Shown piece by piece: positions 14,962-30,432 of a stretch of DNA of 64,000 nucleotides. A program made the translations under genes and the position numbers. The stretch is taken from positions 121,272,001 to 121,336,000 of the forward strand of contig OZ260662.1 of NCBI GenBank assembly GCA_965285935.1, written 5' to 3'. The notes beneath the pieces were generated by a model, which saw only the letters and a program-made list of their open reading frames with translations, was not told the origin of the DNA and searched no databases. The DNA is from Ophelia neglecta (taxonomy: Eukaryota). How positions within the stretch are numbered: position 1 is the first letter of the stretch; each line of letters opens with the position of its first letter.

Positions 14962-16249
14962 AACTCTTTCTAAAATGCTATATGCAATGTTTTAGGAGAG
15001 GGAGCGTATGTTTTATCCACTCCCTTAGGACACCAATTATAAATAATCGTAGTTTATTTATTTGTGTACGTATTCTTTTTTTATTATATAAATGAAGATG
15101 TGCGTATTGTATTTATCTACATTTTAACAGTAAATATTTTTACGATGTTGTATATACAAGTCAGCAATGACTTTTTTAAGTTGAATAAACTAAAAATTGA
15201 ATATCGATAGAATTTGTTCCACAAACTACCTACCGGATATGCTTTATCTAAGTATGGAATTGTTTACAAGTACTTATAAAGAAAAAATATTTGTATCAAT
15301 ATACAATATTGAGATATTTTACTACATTTTCATCTCGTGAAAACGCTACCTAATTCGATAGCTTATCTGCTGGCTGTAATTTGGTATAAGATAAGTCACC
15401 ATGTAATACTACCGGAGCTTCCTGTAAGGAGTTGCTCACTCCACCGCTCACCTACCACGACCCATTTCCTTCAATCACCTGACATACCCTTCACTTTCCA
15501 TTGATCATAATCATGTGAAATATAAATTATAACACCCTCCCCCTACACCCCCAAACCCCACCTCTCGCCATCACACACATGTACTGCTCCCGTTATCTGT
15601 TATTTTTCGTGGCAGTTTTGACAATTACGCCTCTGACATGCAAGAGAATATATGTTGAATCTTACCTCAAATCTTCATATTCAGTCCATCGACTTTGAAA
15701 ACATTATATGAACACTCAATAATCAATGTCCAGATATCCCGGTGGATTTGAGGCATTGGTATATAATCGAACGCTGAAGTAATCTTTGCGCACCGATTCA
15801 GTGTTGTTTATTATCCGGAAAAAGACGGATTTATACCAAATTTTATCCTTTGACACTCTTACTGTTTGCAATACGACAACCAAATAGTCATGCCCTGCTA
15901 TAAGACGTGCATTTTGTACCTTGGACGTTATCCTAATTACCATTCTCGACGCAGGTGGTGTACAATGTGTACGATGTGTGCATTGGACTCTTGTCGTTTC
16001 AATGGGGGTAAAAACTTTCCTGATGTCATCTTTACTAGAGTGAATCGGTAAATGTTGAGTGCTTCATAACGAATGTGCATGTTAAGGCTCGCATTTCACG
16101 AACTGAAGAGCCTGTATCGCCAAGAGAAATGCACGAATATTAAAGTGAACAGTGTACATTGTACAATAACATGCCTATTACGATATGCGTGTGTGGAGTG
16201 GAGAATGCTTACAAGGAACGGCGCATTATGGGATTCAAAGCAGGATTCT

Positions 16250-17420
16250 AACGGGGTTTGGTTTATCCCCGCACTATTCCTGGTCAACTAGGTTGCTTTG
16301 TCAGTGTATACTAGTCGCTATAAGCATTAGATATTCCTGCCAGAATTTTCTATACTCCTGAATAAATTATTACCAAGTTTTAAAAGATAAAATTATAAAA
16401 TAAAACACACTATTTGGGTAATTCAACAAATCATTGACTCCAATCTAAGTATATTTAAAAAATATGGGGTGTCTACAGAACAGCGTAAACAATTCATACA
16501 TGTCTATGGGGGAGTTAATCCACCAGCTAGAACAGCCAAGCTGTTTTCCTTCACTTCCTTTATACATAATTCAGTGTTAACTCTTAATATTGTGCTGTAT
16601 TAGTAAAACGTCGATGTTGTTATGAGGTATTGAGCAGGTGATAACACACAGGTATGCATTAAATGTATCGTGTTGGCGCAAATGGTAAAAGTTTCGTGGT
16701 TTTTCGTGACAGGCATTTTGTTTGCATTCATGCCGTCGGTGAGCAATAATGTGTTTCTTAAAGGGTTACGGATTTTCGCGGTTGGTGACGCCACCCTACA
16801 GCCAGGTATTGACTTTTTAATGGGCACAAGTAGCCCAGTGCCTGTAGTTATATCCCATACTGGCCTTATTATAAGAGGTTCCCTACCTATATAGCGTTTG
16901 ATGTAGTCGCTTGCTGTATAGATGCACTGTGATATGGACCGTCCGTTATCTATTAACTGTCATCCGTAATGACAGTTATTGCCAACGATAATAAACTACA
17001 TTTATATAATTATATTAGCACGTTGTTTCAGTTGTTTTAAGTGTTATTACGATCAGTCCCTGCAATAAAGTAATACTGTTAAATCGACCAACAACGACAT
17101 CCACCCACTGAGTTAAGGGGTAGGATAAAGGTAAGGGTATGTTCTAAAAGGTAGTACTGCTGTCTGGAATGTTAAGGTCAGTGTTATTGGTCTTAACAAG
17201 AGTAGTGCCCACCTATTTTTGATGTTTTCAAGAAATCCCAGTTTTACCAAATATCTCAAATATATAATCCTTAAGAATTGCCAGTTGACAAGTAAAATAC
17301 TCTTCACGTGATTCGTTTGTGCGCTTATATTGACAACTAAAGGAAAATAATGATGATGTGATAATAATCAACTTTACTACGGTGGCTTTGTCATAATGAC
17401 TAGATTCTAGTTATTTATAT
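16250..17420 (+). repeat. Diverged duplicated module, copy 1 of 3 (others ~26650-27820 and ~36725-37380)
   Basis: Shared anchors in all three copies, same strand: GGGGAGTTAATC(C/A)ACCA, GACAG(G/C)CATTTTGT, CCACCCTACA, CCTACC. Confidence 0.75.
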
Positions 17421-18825
17421 TATCTTTTGAAATCTCCTTGACTTGTAAACAACGTGATTTGATTCTAGTAGATTTTATTTCTTTAATGTAATCATATGAC
17501 TAGATAGAAATCTTATTACCCACTCTTAGGTTTACTGGGTCATTTCGAATACGAGATATTAAACAAGACAAAACACCTAATGTTATTAACACAATTTAAA
17601 ATGATTATCTACAAATTCATGTACATACATCCATACATGAATATATTTTTATATGCATACTCTCAACTACAATACATGCGGTCAAAATTAAAACACGAAA
17701 CATTAGAAAAATAAAATCACAGTTTTATGAAACGTGCAGATATGTGATTATGATCCAACGATAAGGGCCCTGTCTTTAATCAATTGAGTAAAATATTTCA
17801 TAACCAGGATAAGGTTTGCTCGTTCTACGACGACATTAATAATGCAAACAGTTGCTTGGATAATTCGCCCTAAAGTTGGTGCGTGTAGAACTCTACTTTT
17901 AATGGCCTCTCCCTATTTCCAAATCATGACTACTTAGGCAGAGTTCTGTTAGAGCATGCCGGAACCGAACATTCGTTTGGCTAACAAGCTATTTTCTAAT
18001 TTACATTCAGATATGTATGATCATTTATTCTCTTTATACTTAACTACGTTAATTTGCCATACAAACATGTTTTTGATCTAGTAATATAGTATTTAATCTA
18101 GTCTTAATTTAACCACATACTAGGGTGTCACGAAGCGAACATGTATTTCATTTATTTGCGATAAATTTCAATATTAATAACCATAAAAATCTTCATTTTA
18201 GTTTTGTACACAGCTAAAGGCATTTCCTTTACATTCATATAATGCATTTGGATAGTTTGTGGCAAAGGAATGTTGATTTATGACAAAATGCGAAAGCCAG
18301 CCCCTCTGGTCCCTCCTTTAAGTTTCAAGTCTGAAAAGACAATCAATCACTTCCAACCCTGTATCTTAACTGAATAATCACTGATATGCCTTATTGTAAT
18401 TATGAGCTGGCAACATACAACTACCCACTTCTACAAAACCACCCATTTTTATTTATATGATAGTCAGAACCCAAGTTTCACAAATTGTACATATATTTCA
18501 TCTATATTCATTGAATTTATAGCTTCTGTTCTAAAATAATTATCTAATTACTTCTCTTTAAGCTAATGTCACTTCCTTTACATTCATATAATGCATTTGG
18601 ACTATTTGCGACAAAATTGTGGACGTGAACAAATGCAAATCCAGACTCTCTGATCCATGTCTGCTTCAAAGCATCATATGCGTGTGCTGTTGATATTTCG
18701 AGTTATGTGATGATATTTCTATCGTGTAATGGTTGCCTTTGATAAGCATTGACACATTGCATACTATGGAATTTACTCAAAATCCGACTTTTCCAGGTCG
18801 TAGGCCTTAAAAGACAATTGATTAC

Positions 18826-18916
18826 ATCCGTCTGTCTGTCTGTCTGTCTGTCTGTCCCTGTCCCTCTCTGTCTATCTCTGTCTATCTCTGTCTCTCTCTC
18901 TCTATCTTTCTCCCTC
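18826..18916. repeat. (TCTG)n/(TC)n microsatellite
   Basis: Directly visible. Confidence 0.85.
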
Positions 18917-21900
18917 TTGCATAACATAATAAGTGTTCTTTTCCTGTGTGTAGCCTACCTTTATCATCCTATTGATTGGATTCCAAAAACAGCCTGTATT
19001 GAAGCAAAATATAAATGCAACTAATACAATTTTGATCCATTTTATGCCTATTGATTAGCCTGTAACCCGATACAATTGTCACTGTAGGAAATCCAATCAT
19101 GCTCCCCATCCCCTTTTCGCCACCTGCATTTATGTTGGTAGCGAAACGCAATGCAATGTTTACACTGCAACTAGAATTCCACCCATTGAATACTCTGAAT
19201 TACGACTTAATGACCGGCGCTGTAAATATATATGCCTATCGTCACCTTCAACTCAAAATTATTTCTATACAAGGTAAACAACGGTATTAACAATTCTATA
19301 TATGTAAATATATCCTCTAAGAGGGTGTTTAATATATTTGACATATATTTGACATATTTCAAAAATGCAGGTTGTTAGGATAAATACAATTATTGGTGTT
19401 CAGTTTGTGTGCCGTTTGAAGGCAACAAATCATTAGCTGCCATAATAAGATCCCATTAAGTGTAGTCTGCTTAAAAATGTGGAAATCATTATCTACCATA
19501 ATAACAAACATACATCTCCTTGTACTGACACCTTATAGGGTGTCCGCTAAAGAATATATAACATAGGTTTATAACGCGGATCGCGCTTACAGTTGACATC
19601 TACATATTTAATATTATTGATGGTATAATTAAACAAATGGCTAAGAAATGAACTAAATCTTGTATAGGGTAAAGGTAAAATCACCTGCTATTGGTATAGT
19701 CGCTATGACATTCTACCAGCTAAGAAACAGAAATCCTTTCCTTTCTAAATATCACATAGATATATAATATATGTCTAATTACTCATATAATACATGGTCG
19801 AATAACCTATACTTTCTATATAAATGTAGACCAATAGCAAATCCCAAAGGAACTAGCATCCCACAGTTTCCAGACTGTATAATGTGATAGATGGTTGAAT
19901 ATATGAACCTGCTGACATCTGTTTTCGGTCATGAGATATAGATCGATACTACAACCGTAAATGTGGTTCTGACCCTATGCCCCCTTTCTAAACCCGCCTC
20001 TCCAAATGATCCCCCAGTGTACTATACTAACTTCCTCTGCCATCAGTGGCACTTGACACATATATAATCTCTCACATTATAAACACTCCTAAAATATTAA
20101 ACCACAATATGTATAATTTTGTAAGACTGTTACTCTCATCAAAGAACCCCAAGACTGCTGGATTACTTTCAGACTTCGATGGCATATTCATTATCATCGT
20201 CGAAATCTCATTCATTTCCGTATTGCTTTGGAAAATCCCCCGAGGTTGAATGGCCGCCAGGTAACAGCATCGACAACAGAAAATCAGTATCTATTCACAA
20301 TTTCGAACACTTCCGTATTTTATTATTTCTAATCGTGGCGTGAAGTTGTAGAGACGGTATATGTAGTGGGTGCTCAGGGGGTTACCACCTTTAAATTTAA
20401 TTCACAATGAAACTAATATCTAAATTTTCACATTTCCTGGGAGACATCTAGTTAATGGATTTGGGTTGGGGGTTATTGTAGTGGTAGTATGTTTTCCTGT
20501 GTTGTTCGTGGTCAAACAATCATACACCAAACCTAAATAAGATTCGTGCGGTGCTTACGGACAAGGAAAAACTTCTGTAGAAAGTTATATGAAATCGTCT
20601 ATGGCTTGAAAATTAAAGAATCTTCCCATATAAAATCCGAACGGTAATATGTGCTCACTGTCAAAACTCGCATAACATGCAAATCTGTCTATGATACCTA
20701 TTGTGTCCGTCATGAAAACATTAAGCCTTATACCTGTGATATGTGATTAATGCAACACCACATGACTTCAGTCAAGCCACAAACACATTTGTAGCCGTAC
20801 TGCGAGGCCTAAATAAATGTAAAATCTAACCATAATGGCAACATATCGACAAAATTAATGTCCTACAATTATCCTCAATACCTAAGTTTCCTTTCCTTGA
20901 CCCCTTGCAATTTATTTTTATGTGACTGGGATATTTGATATCACATGCAAGAATATTTGATTAGCAGTAGTCTCAACAGATGGCGACGCCCGGTTCATAG
21001 TTAAATACAGCTTTTGTTGGGGCGGATGTAGATAAGGCCTCCCACCAGATTAGATTGTGAGTGTAAAGATTGGAATAGAGGTACATGTATATATTTAGGC
21101 GGTGTCCAATTATTATTAAAAGGTGACTATCATTTACCCCTCAAACACCCGAATAAGTATTGGATACCAGAGAGTGTGGCGATTGGGTTTGGATGGGGGA
21201 TGTGGTTGTAGTCATAAATGTATGATTAAAGGGAGGTACGAAAATATGAAGTCGAATTGGTCCGAATAAATTGTATTAAGTCATTAGTAGATGTGTGCAA
21301 TATACGTCCTGTTTTGAATTAATATCGGTTATGACTTTTAAATACATTTTTCCCCTCGTCTTCAGATATAAAGCCTTGCACTATGTTAACACAGGAAATA
21401 TGAATCCGCCCCACTTGGCCTTGTTTGCCTAACGACAACATAACCCGCGCTGCAATTTTCTATGTTTATCGCCTTGCTGAACTCACTGCATTGCATCTGA
21501 GCGATAAAACAGTCAATTATAGTCATTCGCAGTCTGTTTACATCGCAGGTCGGGGATATAATTGTCACAATTTCCAATAAAATTTGATATCTACAGACCA
21601 TTCTGGAAAGCCACCTGGGATATATGCGTTTTAAACAAAGCGCATGCTCTTTGACGCGTGCGTTGTAAGGTAAGGGCATTTCTAGTAATATACAAAGATA
21701 TTGAGATACTAAACAACACTTCTCCAGTGACTATAATCGTTAGATTAGGCTGGGATTAAAATAGATATCTTAATCTCAGGATTAGGTAAATCTACATGTC
21801 ATACTCAGGAGCTTCTGACGAGGAGTAGATAATTTATATCAGCAATTGGATACGCACACCCCCTGTCCTACTAGTCAATCACGGACAATCATAACAGGTA

Positions 21901-24900
21901 TCCTGGCACACTCCATTCACTACAGCCTGGCCTTATAACGCCGGTTTTTGCATACGCCTGATCATTTCATTCATTTTAGCTCGTGGAGCCGTAGCCGGGG
22001 AAACATTTGTTTCTCTATGTGTATTTAAGGTCCAAGTGAGGTCGCCCTAACTCTAGTGTCCTTCTCTGTGTACAATTTAGGGAATTTATTAACCAATAGC
22101 ATTAATTCAATTAAGTGTTTAGGAAGTATGGGTGACCAGAAACCTTTTCGCCCGCGGCTGCATTATAGCGCGTGGCATGGTTATTCAGGCTGACGATTTC
22201 TCAGGGGTTCTACCTTCACTGGGGCTGCTACCAATTGGGCCTGCGCTAGAATATATTAGCTGGTGTAATTGGGACATACTCAGTTGATTTGGCAGATATT
22301 AAATGACACTATTCGGGAGGGCTCTCACGACGGTCTTATAATAACGTAAATAACTTAATTATGTAAAAGCCTATCACCAAAGTTCGCTCTGCAAAATCTA
22401 ATTTTAACCCGTATCTTTAAAACAAAGTCCAAAATACAAGCCATACAACTTCTTTCAAAATTTCAAAATTAAGTCACGCTGCCAAACTTAAAACTAACGA
22501 GGCCTTTTGCATAGACCGGCATTTCTCATCTGGCACTGAATATATGGTTAAACTGAGACTCACTTTGATGCTTTTTATACGTGACTTCACACATTTTATG
22601 GCTTTTGTGGGTGAAGTATACACATTTTCATGCAATCTAACTCTCCCAGCCCGCGCACATCCGTTCCCCTGGAGAGCTGATAGGAACACCCTAGTTTGTC
22701 GACTTCCCAGGGGGGGGGGGGGGGTAGCGATCGGTCCCGGGCAATAGCGCTTGTAAAATCTGAAAATATTTAATTCAATGAGTACCAATGAGTCGTCCCA
22801 GACTTTTTGCTACCAATTGTCAACAGCAGGTATTTTATTATTTTTTATATAAATTGATATGCCACATTTCCCAAAGCAAAGTACCCTCTGTATATTTGGG
22901 CTGTTTGAATTAAAAAAAAAGGGGCAAAGCGTAATTCGACTTATTTATCCTACTTGACTACAAAAATTTATGGTGAGAGACAGCGAGAGGTTATTCCTGG
23001 AACTTGCTAGATATAGGAAAGAGGATACTAGTTTTCCAGGCTTTCACGGACCATGTCTCCCGCTAATTAATATGCCCAATACCAACTGGGTGACAAGAGT
23101 GATGGGAGATTTGGTAGGTTTGTACGTATGTTAGTAAAATGACTGTGATACAACCCACTGTCATGCATAAAGTATTTCCTCTCATATTAAAGTATACAAG
23201 TGTAAGATTTGAGAGCCATACAGTAATGTATTTATTAACACACACTCAATTGAGAGAGGATTGACCTTTGCCACTTTGTCACTTAACATTATAAGGTAAC
23301 CAGGATAGGCCTCCTGAACAAACACCATTTGCCCCTCCTGTAATAATTCAATGACCTTGCACTGTCAATACGATAGCAATATGGGCCATGTTTACTTTGT
23401 GATACTGTAATCCAGGTAGTGTTCTGGTGCAACAGGCAATGATAATCTCGCAAAATCATTGCATGCACACTGCAAGGTGTTGTGCAGTTATTTAAGTGGG
23501 GGTGATTTTTTGCGCTAATATTCCATCGCGACTATTTCCCTGTTTACAGTATTCAACACAGATATTGTGGACTGAAAGGGAGTAAGGTGTCTGGTGGCGA
23601 CAACTGAAAAAACATTTAACGCATTATATGTGTGAAATGAAAAAAAAACATAAAGTAAAAACTATTAAATGTATGTTCACTCAATGCAATATAATAAGGA
23701 TAGTTTTATTGGAAAGATTTGGCTGCAAACAGGTGGCAGCATGCTACATCGGCGATTCTCGAACCCATAAATTGCTGGTTAAGGTTAGGATAAACAAAGC
23801 AGGGTATCACATATGACAATGTTAATAGCAATGAATATGTCAGATACATGTTAAAATAAAAAGCCGTTTTACCTGGTGACCTATTATCTTCACTATACAT
23901 TCGTATGAAAAGATTTATCTATGTGTCAAACCAATACAGCTTTAATACATGGCGCCTATACTAAGGTGTGTCGCATGCAGTGAGATCTGGGTCTCTTGAG
24001 TACCCGAGAAATCCTTGACTTGACTTGACAGACGAAGCTCAACATACACGCCGTGGAGAACGGTCTGTTAACAAGGCCTATAAGGGTAGGAGCTATAACT
24101 CGCTTGATGGCTTCACATTCACTTCAATGGAATAGGATGGGTGTTCACAGCGATATAGCGTTTTGGGGAAACCTCTTTAAAGAAAAACGGCCCAGATCCT
24201 GCGTGTCCTTGATATCCGTCCCTGCCAATGTAACAAGCGATGTTTTATTGCAAGTGCGCCTGGCACCGAGCCAGCGTGAACTATATGCTAACTTGCTAAA
24301 CACTATACACTGCATTGCAATGCGACCGCCAGGTAGCGGTAGCAACGGGAGCACTACCACAGCAGAGACATAAATAATGCAAACTAGGTCTTTCCCTACT
24401 AGTTGTTTGTATATTGTGATAGATGACGGCTGTACTAACGAAGGAAAGTGACGAAATGACAAGCTCATTCGTGGAATGCCGAAAGTCGAAGAAGTTAATC
24501 ACAAATAAAGTGGTTTATAAAAACACAGGTTAAATCAGGAAGGCAAACGAAGACCGCGAAAACTTTCCCAATAAAAAGCTATAGAACACAAGCCGGCTCT
24601 CGGCCCCAACAGCCGCCGCGTAAGATCAAAACTTTCTTCCAAGTCTAAATGCAAGATCAGACGAAAAGTAATAGAAAATATTAAAGCACAAAGAGGAATT
24701 TGGTAACTGACCATAGTAAACGTCCCTCTTCTTACCTATCAACTCATATTTCACCCTCGAGAATGCAATTCTAACTTTTACTCCCATGCACTTATAAAAG
24801 TTTGTAAGAAGATTATTTTCCAGACACCTCCCCCCTCACCTCTACAGTTATCTAATGCTGATTCCCTTACTGCCATGCCTGAGGATACAAAATAGTGACT

Positions 24901-27900
24901 CAGAAACCACACGAGCTATGCTTTGAGCCAACTCTATGCAGACCATCCCATGACAATACATTGAGTATATACAACAAGCCTCCCCCGTACCTTTGGGTAC
25001 AACTATAGTTTAGCTTGTCTGGTGATAGTGATCAGTAATCTACCTCACCAAACGCGAACTCCCGTAAACTGGCGTCCTTCGTGTAGTACAATGGAATAGA
25101 CATTTTTCATCAACACTTCCGATGATATTTGTGATAAAAGGACCGAACCTTATTACGGAAAGCTAAATGCACCCAACCAATTGTATTCCGCAAGTCGTTT
25201 GGCCCATTGACGTATAAATCGCAAACTGATATCATCAAATCATAAAATCCAGGAGGGCACGTCAGTTTGCTTACACATCAGTTTGCTTACACATGTGGTA
25301 AAGATCGCTCAAGTCAATCATCGATAGTAAGGAATGCAATATTAGAAATTTTGGACGGAGGGGGGCTAGTAGAAATGTAGTATTTCTGTCGAACGGCCTC
25401 ATACCTGCCCCTGTTTTAGCAAAATTACAGAAAAGGATTCCTGTACCTGATTGGCCAAATTTGAATACCCAAATAATAACAGCCATCTATTTTATCTCTA
25501 AAATATCTACCCCCCCCCCCCCTGTATTTTGCCAATGCTGTTTCCTAATGAACTCTTAGACCAGTAGGGATTTAAGGTATTGATTTTCGTCCCAAACCGG
25601 AATATTTAACGCCGAGGTGGTTTCACACATATTGATGGCTTGGGAGGTGTTAAGGGAGGCAAAGGTTGCAAGAAGGCGGTATATGTGTGCGGAAGGGTTG
25701 GGGGTTGGGGTATTTGGGATAAACGACTGTCAGACGAAGTTGACAATCGGGATAATATGACAATGTCTTATGACTTGTCTGCTCAAGTAGGCAGTGCCGG
25801 TTTCCTGCCTACTAATGCCTTTTCCCACCGCCAGGTAAATTGTCATATGACAGTCAAGACAAGACAATCCCAATTCTTGTAGAAACTGTGGAAGGTCAAG
25901 GGAAATACATCGTGTTCTATTGAATAGTCTCTGTTGCATTTACTTATTGGAGAACATCTTTACAGAGTCTTGTATAAAGGCATGCGGGTAGCAACACAGC
26001 AATGCGTCAAAATATTCCATCTCGAACGAAAATTTGAAAGCTTCCCTATTATGTCCATTCAGGTCTATAGGACCTCTTCGGAGCCAGAGGTGGACCTAAG
26101 CCCCACTGCATTCTCTGTTATACTAGGTTATTCTGTCAAATATAGTACAATATGAAACAACTGGCAATTTCAGATGTGATTAAATGTTCCCCTCACCCCC
26201 CCCCCCCCTACTCCACCCCCACCACACACATCTGTTAACAACTGACAGATCTAGAGAGGAGGTTTGCAGAAATCTCACCCCCTCCCCCTCCCAATTAACA
26301 ACTTTTAGTCATAGATGGGGCTTGGGGGTCTTGACGCCCGTCAGAAATCCAAGCCCCACCCAACCCCCATATAGCAGTGACAGATCTAAAGGGGATCCAG
26401 TCCGGGCGTTTTGGGACGACATATTTATTTTATATTTTTCTAAAGTACCAAGCAGCTACACTTGGAAGCGTCAATAAGCAAACCTGACCAGCATACACCA
26501 TAAAGTATCAGTCTATACAGGTTCTTTCTGGGACAGAATAAATAAATATAATAAGCTTAAATGTTCCCTGGCTTGGTATATTTATATTCTGTAGTATTAA
26601 AAACGTCAGAGTGTCGGATCTTTGAGGGAATTTGTCAATATTATATTTGGCACTATTCCTGCTATATCAAGTCGGTTGCTTTGTCAGAGTGAACCATTCA
26701 AAACGAGCCTTATTCTTGCTTAAATTATCCTACCGCTTGTATAAATAATTACCAGCTGTCTAACTATTGTTTTTACTAAAGATGTGCAATGTGTAGCTAA
26801 TATTATGCCTAGGAGTTTAAATGATTAGATTTCAATATAAAATACAACGTTTGGGTAATTCATTGACTACTATCTTTATAAATATTATATTTCATAAGTA
26901 TCTACATAACAGCGAAAACAAACCATATATATCTCTGGGGAGTTAATCAACCAACAGCCAAGCTAGTTTTCCTTCACTTCCTTCATATAAGATTCAGCAT
27001 TAACTCTATAAATTGTGTTGTACTAATAACAAGTTCAGTCAGTAATGAGGCAATAAACGGGAGTGAACACACAGGTAGGTAATAAAGGCATCTTGTGGGT
27101 GCATAGGGCATCTGTGGCTTATTTTTCGAGACAGCCATTTTGTGTGCACTCGTGCCGTCGGTGAGCGATAAACGGTTGCGGAGTTTCCCGGATGGTGTCA
27201 CCACCCTACACTCAGATATTAGTTCTTGTATGGGCACATATTGCCTAGTGCATGTAGTTATAAACTATACTGTCCTCATTATTATAGGGTCCCTACCCAT
27301 GTACCGTTTGATGTAGCATACGTGCACTGTGATACATACTGTCCAGTGACTGTCTTTGAACAGTCATCTGTGTCCACAGTGTTTGTCACCGTTCATAAAC
27401 TACATTTTTATAGTGATTATAGCATAGTGTAATACTGATACAAAAGGGTATAAAGGGAAGGCCACCAACAAAGATCTCGACCCACTGAGTTAAGGGGTAA
27501 TTAATTGAGGGGTTGCGTGCCGGTTAGGGTACGTGTCAATACTGTAGTATTGCGGTCTGAAATGTAAGTGTCATTGTTAACAGTGTTAACAAGAATAATG
27601 CCTACCTATTTCTGAGGTTCCCAAGAAATCACTGTTACACCATTCTTGTCAACTATATACTTAACAACAGACGTCCATAGGAATTGGCAGTTGCCATTGG
27701 TATAAATAAAATGTTGCTCGTGTGTTTCTTATGAGTTCTTATATTGAAACTTAAGGGAAATCATGATGATAATAATCAACTTTTCGTCTCTAATGACTTG
27801 ATTCTAGTTAGTTATATTAATTCTTGAGTATTCGGTGTTGAAAGCCGGGAAGCTTGTGTATCGGTTACAAGCTTAGAGCGAAGGCTGCCGGTCGGGTTGG

Positions 27901-27929
27901 GGGCATAATTTTTTGTCAGGGTCTATCAA

Positions 27930-28490
27930 CATTTAATGTATAAAGCACTGAATAAGTTCGGGTGTGCAGATGAATGCGCAAAAAACATAACAAAAATAAT
28001 GCCAAATGGTTTTCTAACTAATAGTTTCATTTTGACTAGCGGCGTAAGACACTGCTCTCCTTTACCTACTTTACTTGATATTATGTTGGTAAACTATTTG
28101 CTGATCACAATAAATGAATCCAGAAAATGTATATGGTTTATTTTACCTACAAAAGAGGACAAGTCTAAGGCATGTGCAGATGATGGGAATGTGTATCTGA
28201 TTGCTAATCAGGATAAGAAGCCCTCAATATCATGAACACATTTTTATAAGTGAATTACGAATATGGACAAAATGTAGATTTGTTGTGTGGCCGCCTTACA
28301 CCGGAGAGGTGGACTTATAAGGATATAAACAATATTACACACACAACAGATAACGCAAGAAGAAACAGGCTAAACTTGCCGAAAAAGTATGGAGAGATAG
28401 GCGTAATAAATTTTATCAAACAAGCCAAAGCCTTGCAATTAATGCGGTGTCTTAAGTTCATTTCTAGCAGCTAGTACAGCATTTGGATGG
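27930..28490 (+). pseudogene. Degenerate L1/Tx1-like LINE reverse transcriptase fragment
   Basis: NGFLTNSFILTSGVRHCSPL resembles NG..S..F...RGVRQGCPLSP. KACADD resembles YADD. LNLPKKYGEIGVINF..QAKAL resembles L.LP...GGLG..N. Broken by stops and frameshifts. Confidence 0.7.
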
Positions 28491-29774
28491 CTAGAATTTA
28501 CCAGGTAAATAACCATTATAATCATTCGGTATGTACGTATGTCTTATCATCTATCATACACAGATATACACTCCGGTATTTCAATCTCAGGGTGCGGCTC
28601 CTTTGTGTTGATGTTTAAGCGATCCCCTTTGTGTATACAGTGAATATGAATCCAGGTCATATAACTTTGCACTGTGTACACAACGATAATATGAACCGCG
28701 CTGTATTTTTCTATTACATAGCTAGCCTCTACACAATATAGCGATAGAATTTAAATGAGTGATAATACAGTAAACAATGTAGCCATCATTTGGTCGCTAA
28801 TTTCTTTCCGTCAGAGGCCAATGACACATCTGTCGACCGCTTCAACGGGAAACAGTTTACTGTAAAAAGCGATCCTCTCACGTGCCGATGGGGAGAACTT
28901 ATATGAAATTTTAGCTTGTCTAGTGGCAGTGATTGTCTATTAGCGAATACTCATACGGAATATTTTCATCAATATTTCCAAATATATTGTTACCAGTGGT
29001 ACTGAATCAGTTGTTTAAGTTTTTTCTTCACTGTACGCGATCCGTAACATAATCAAACCTGATCACAGAAGCTGAAAGCACCAATTGGGCTCCACAAGAA
29101 AAATGCTGCACGCGTTGTGTGGTGTATTGACATACATTTCTCACACCGATTCAGTCAATACCAGGCGAACAAGTCGGTTTGTTTACATCTGAGGTCAAGG
29201 ACACGGCTGTCAAACAGTGGTGATAATGTACACTTATTCCTTTGTATGATGAATGTGTAGATTTTCATATATAAACATACTTTTAGTCAGAATAATAAAG
29301 CTCCTCAACACTCATCTTTTAACACCGCTCTCTATAAAAGCTTCTGCCGCACAATGTCAAAATTACGTGAGGGAAATAGACAGAGGTAGGATGTGCCACT
29401 GCTGATTGGTTTCAGCCGTATATGACTCCGAGGGGAAGGGTGGTTTAATTATAATATATTGTCCAGTGCAGAGAGGGACAGAAGGTTCGAGGGGAGGCTT
29501 TATACATACTTATGGCTTGGGAGGTGTTAAGGGAGGCAATGGTGAAAATAGGGTAGTATATATGTGTGGGTAACGGGGTAGGGTTGGGGGTTTGGGGGTT
29601 GGGGGGGGGAGAGAAATTTGCCGGCGATTATATTTATGACGGTGCCATAAAAACGAGAAAATAATCCACATACACAGCATAGCTTTGACTAGACACACAT
29701 TCAATAAACATGCGACACATAGACTGGGACATTGAATATCACTGACCAGAAAATTATATATTGCCTTCGAATAA

Positions 29775-30432
29775 TAAAATTATTGCGGTTGTATTAAGGC
29801 ATTACCTAAAAACCTTGTTACCTTGCTGTTCAGGTAGCTTTGATTCCGATATCAGAATTTCAGTTTCATATTTATCTTATTGATCACATATTTGGCCATA
29901 TTTTCTCCAAACATATGTTGATCAATAAATGCACCTAGGTACTTTACAAAAGTCTTGTATTCAATTGCAATACCCTTGAATAGAAAACATTCAGTCTATC
30001 CAAGATGCAAAGACAGCTTATCTGTGATTAGCCAGTCACTTAAACAGTTGAGCTCTATAGTAAGTCGACCCTCAATTTCGCGAAAGTCTGACCAGACGCA
30101 ATTAAAGTTGAGCCATCGGCATATAACATAAGGTGACATTTTGTAGAGCTTTACATGTCGTACTTATACAACAGGAATATCAGTGGGCCAAATATGGACC
30201 CCTTTTGCGCCCCGCATTGAACGTCTAGACTCTCTGACATAATACCATTTACATTAATAAACTGACCACCGAGATATGATTTAAAGCATGAAAGCAGTTA
30301 TTTGCATCCCAATGGTATCCAGTTTCTAAGCAAAATTGTATGGTCAACAGTGTCGAAAGCTTTCTGCAAGTCAACAAGAAAACCAGTGAACAAACCATCG
30401 TCAATGTTCGATAAAACTTGATCTGTTAAAAT
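29775..30432 (-). pseudogene. Degenerate CR1/L2-like LINE reverse transcriptase fragment
   Basis: Minus-strand translation gives FLVDLQKAFDTVDHTILL, a GS..GPLIFLLY-like motif, LYADGS, WL..DKLSLHLG*TE and VKYLGAFIDQH. Confidence 0.8.

Noticed and set aside
16600-16827. Similar short minus-strand ORFs at 16600, 26983 and 37057 as a tandem gene family
   Set aside because: The copies differ by frame-breaking indels and share no start, stop or splice sites. DNA duplication explains the similarity.
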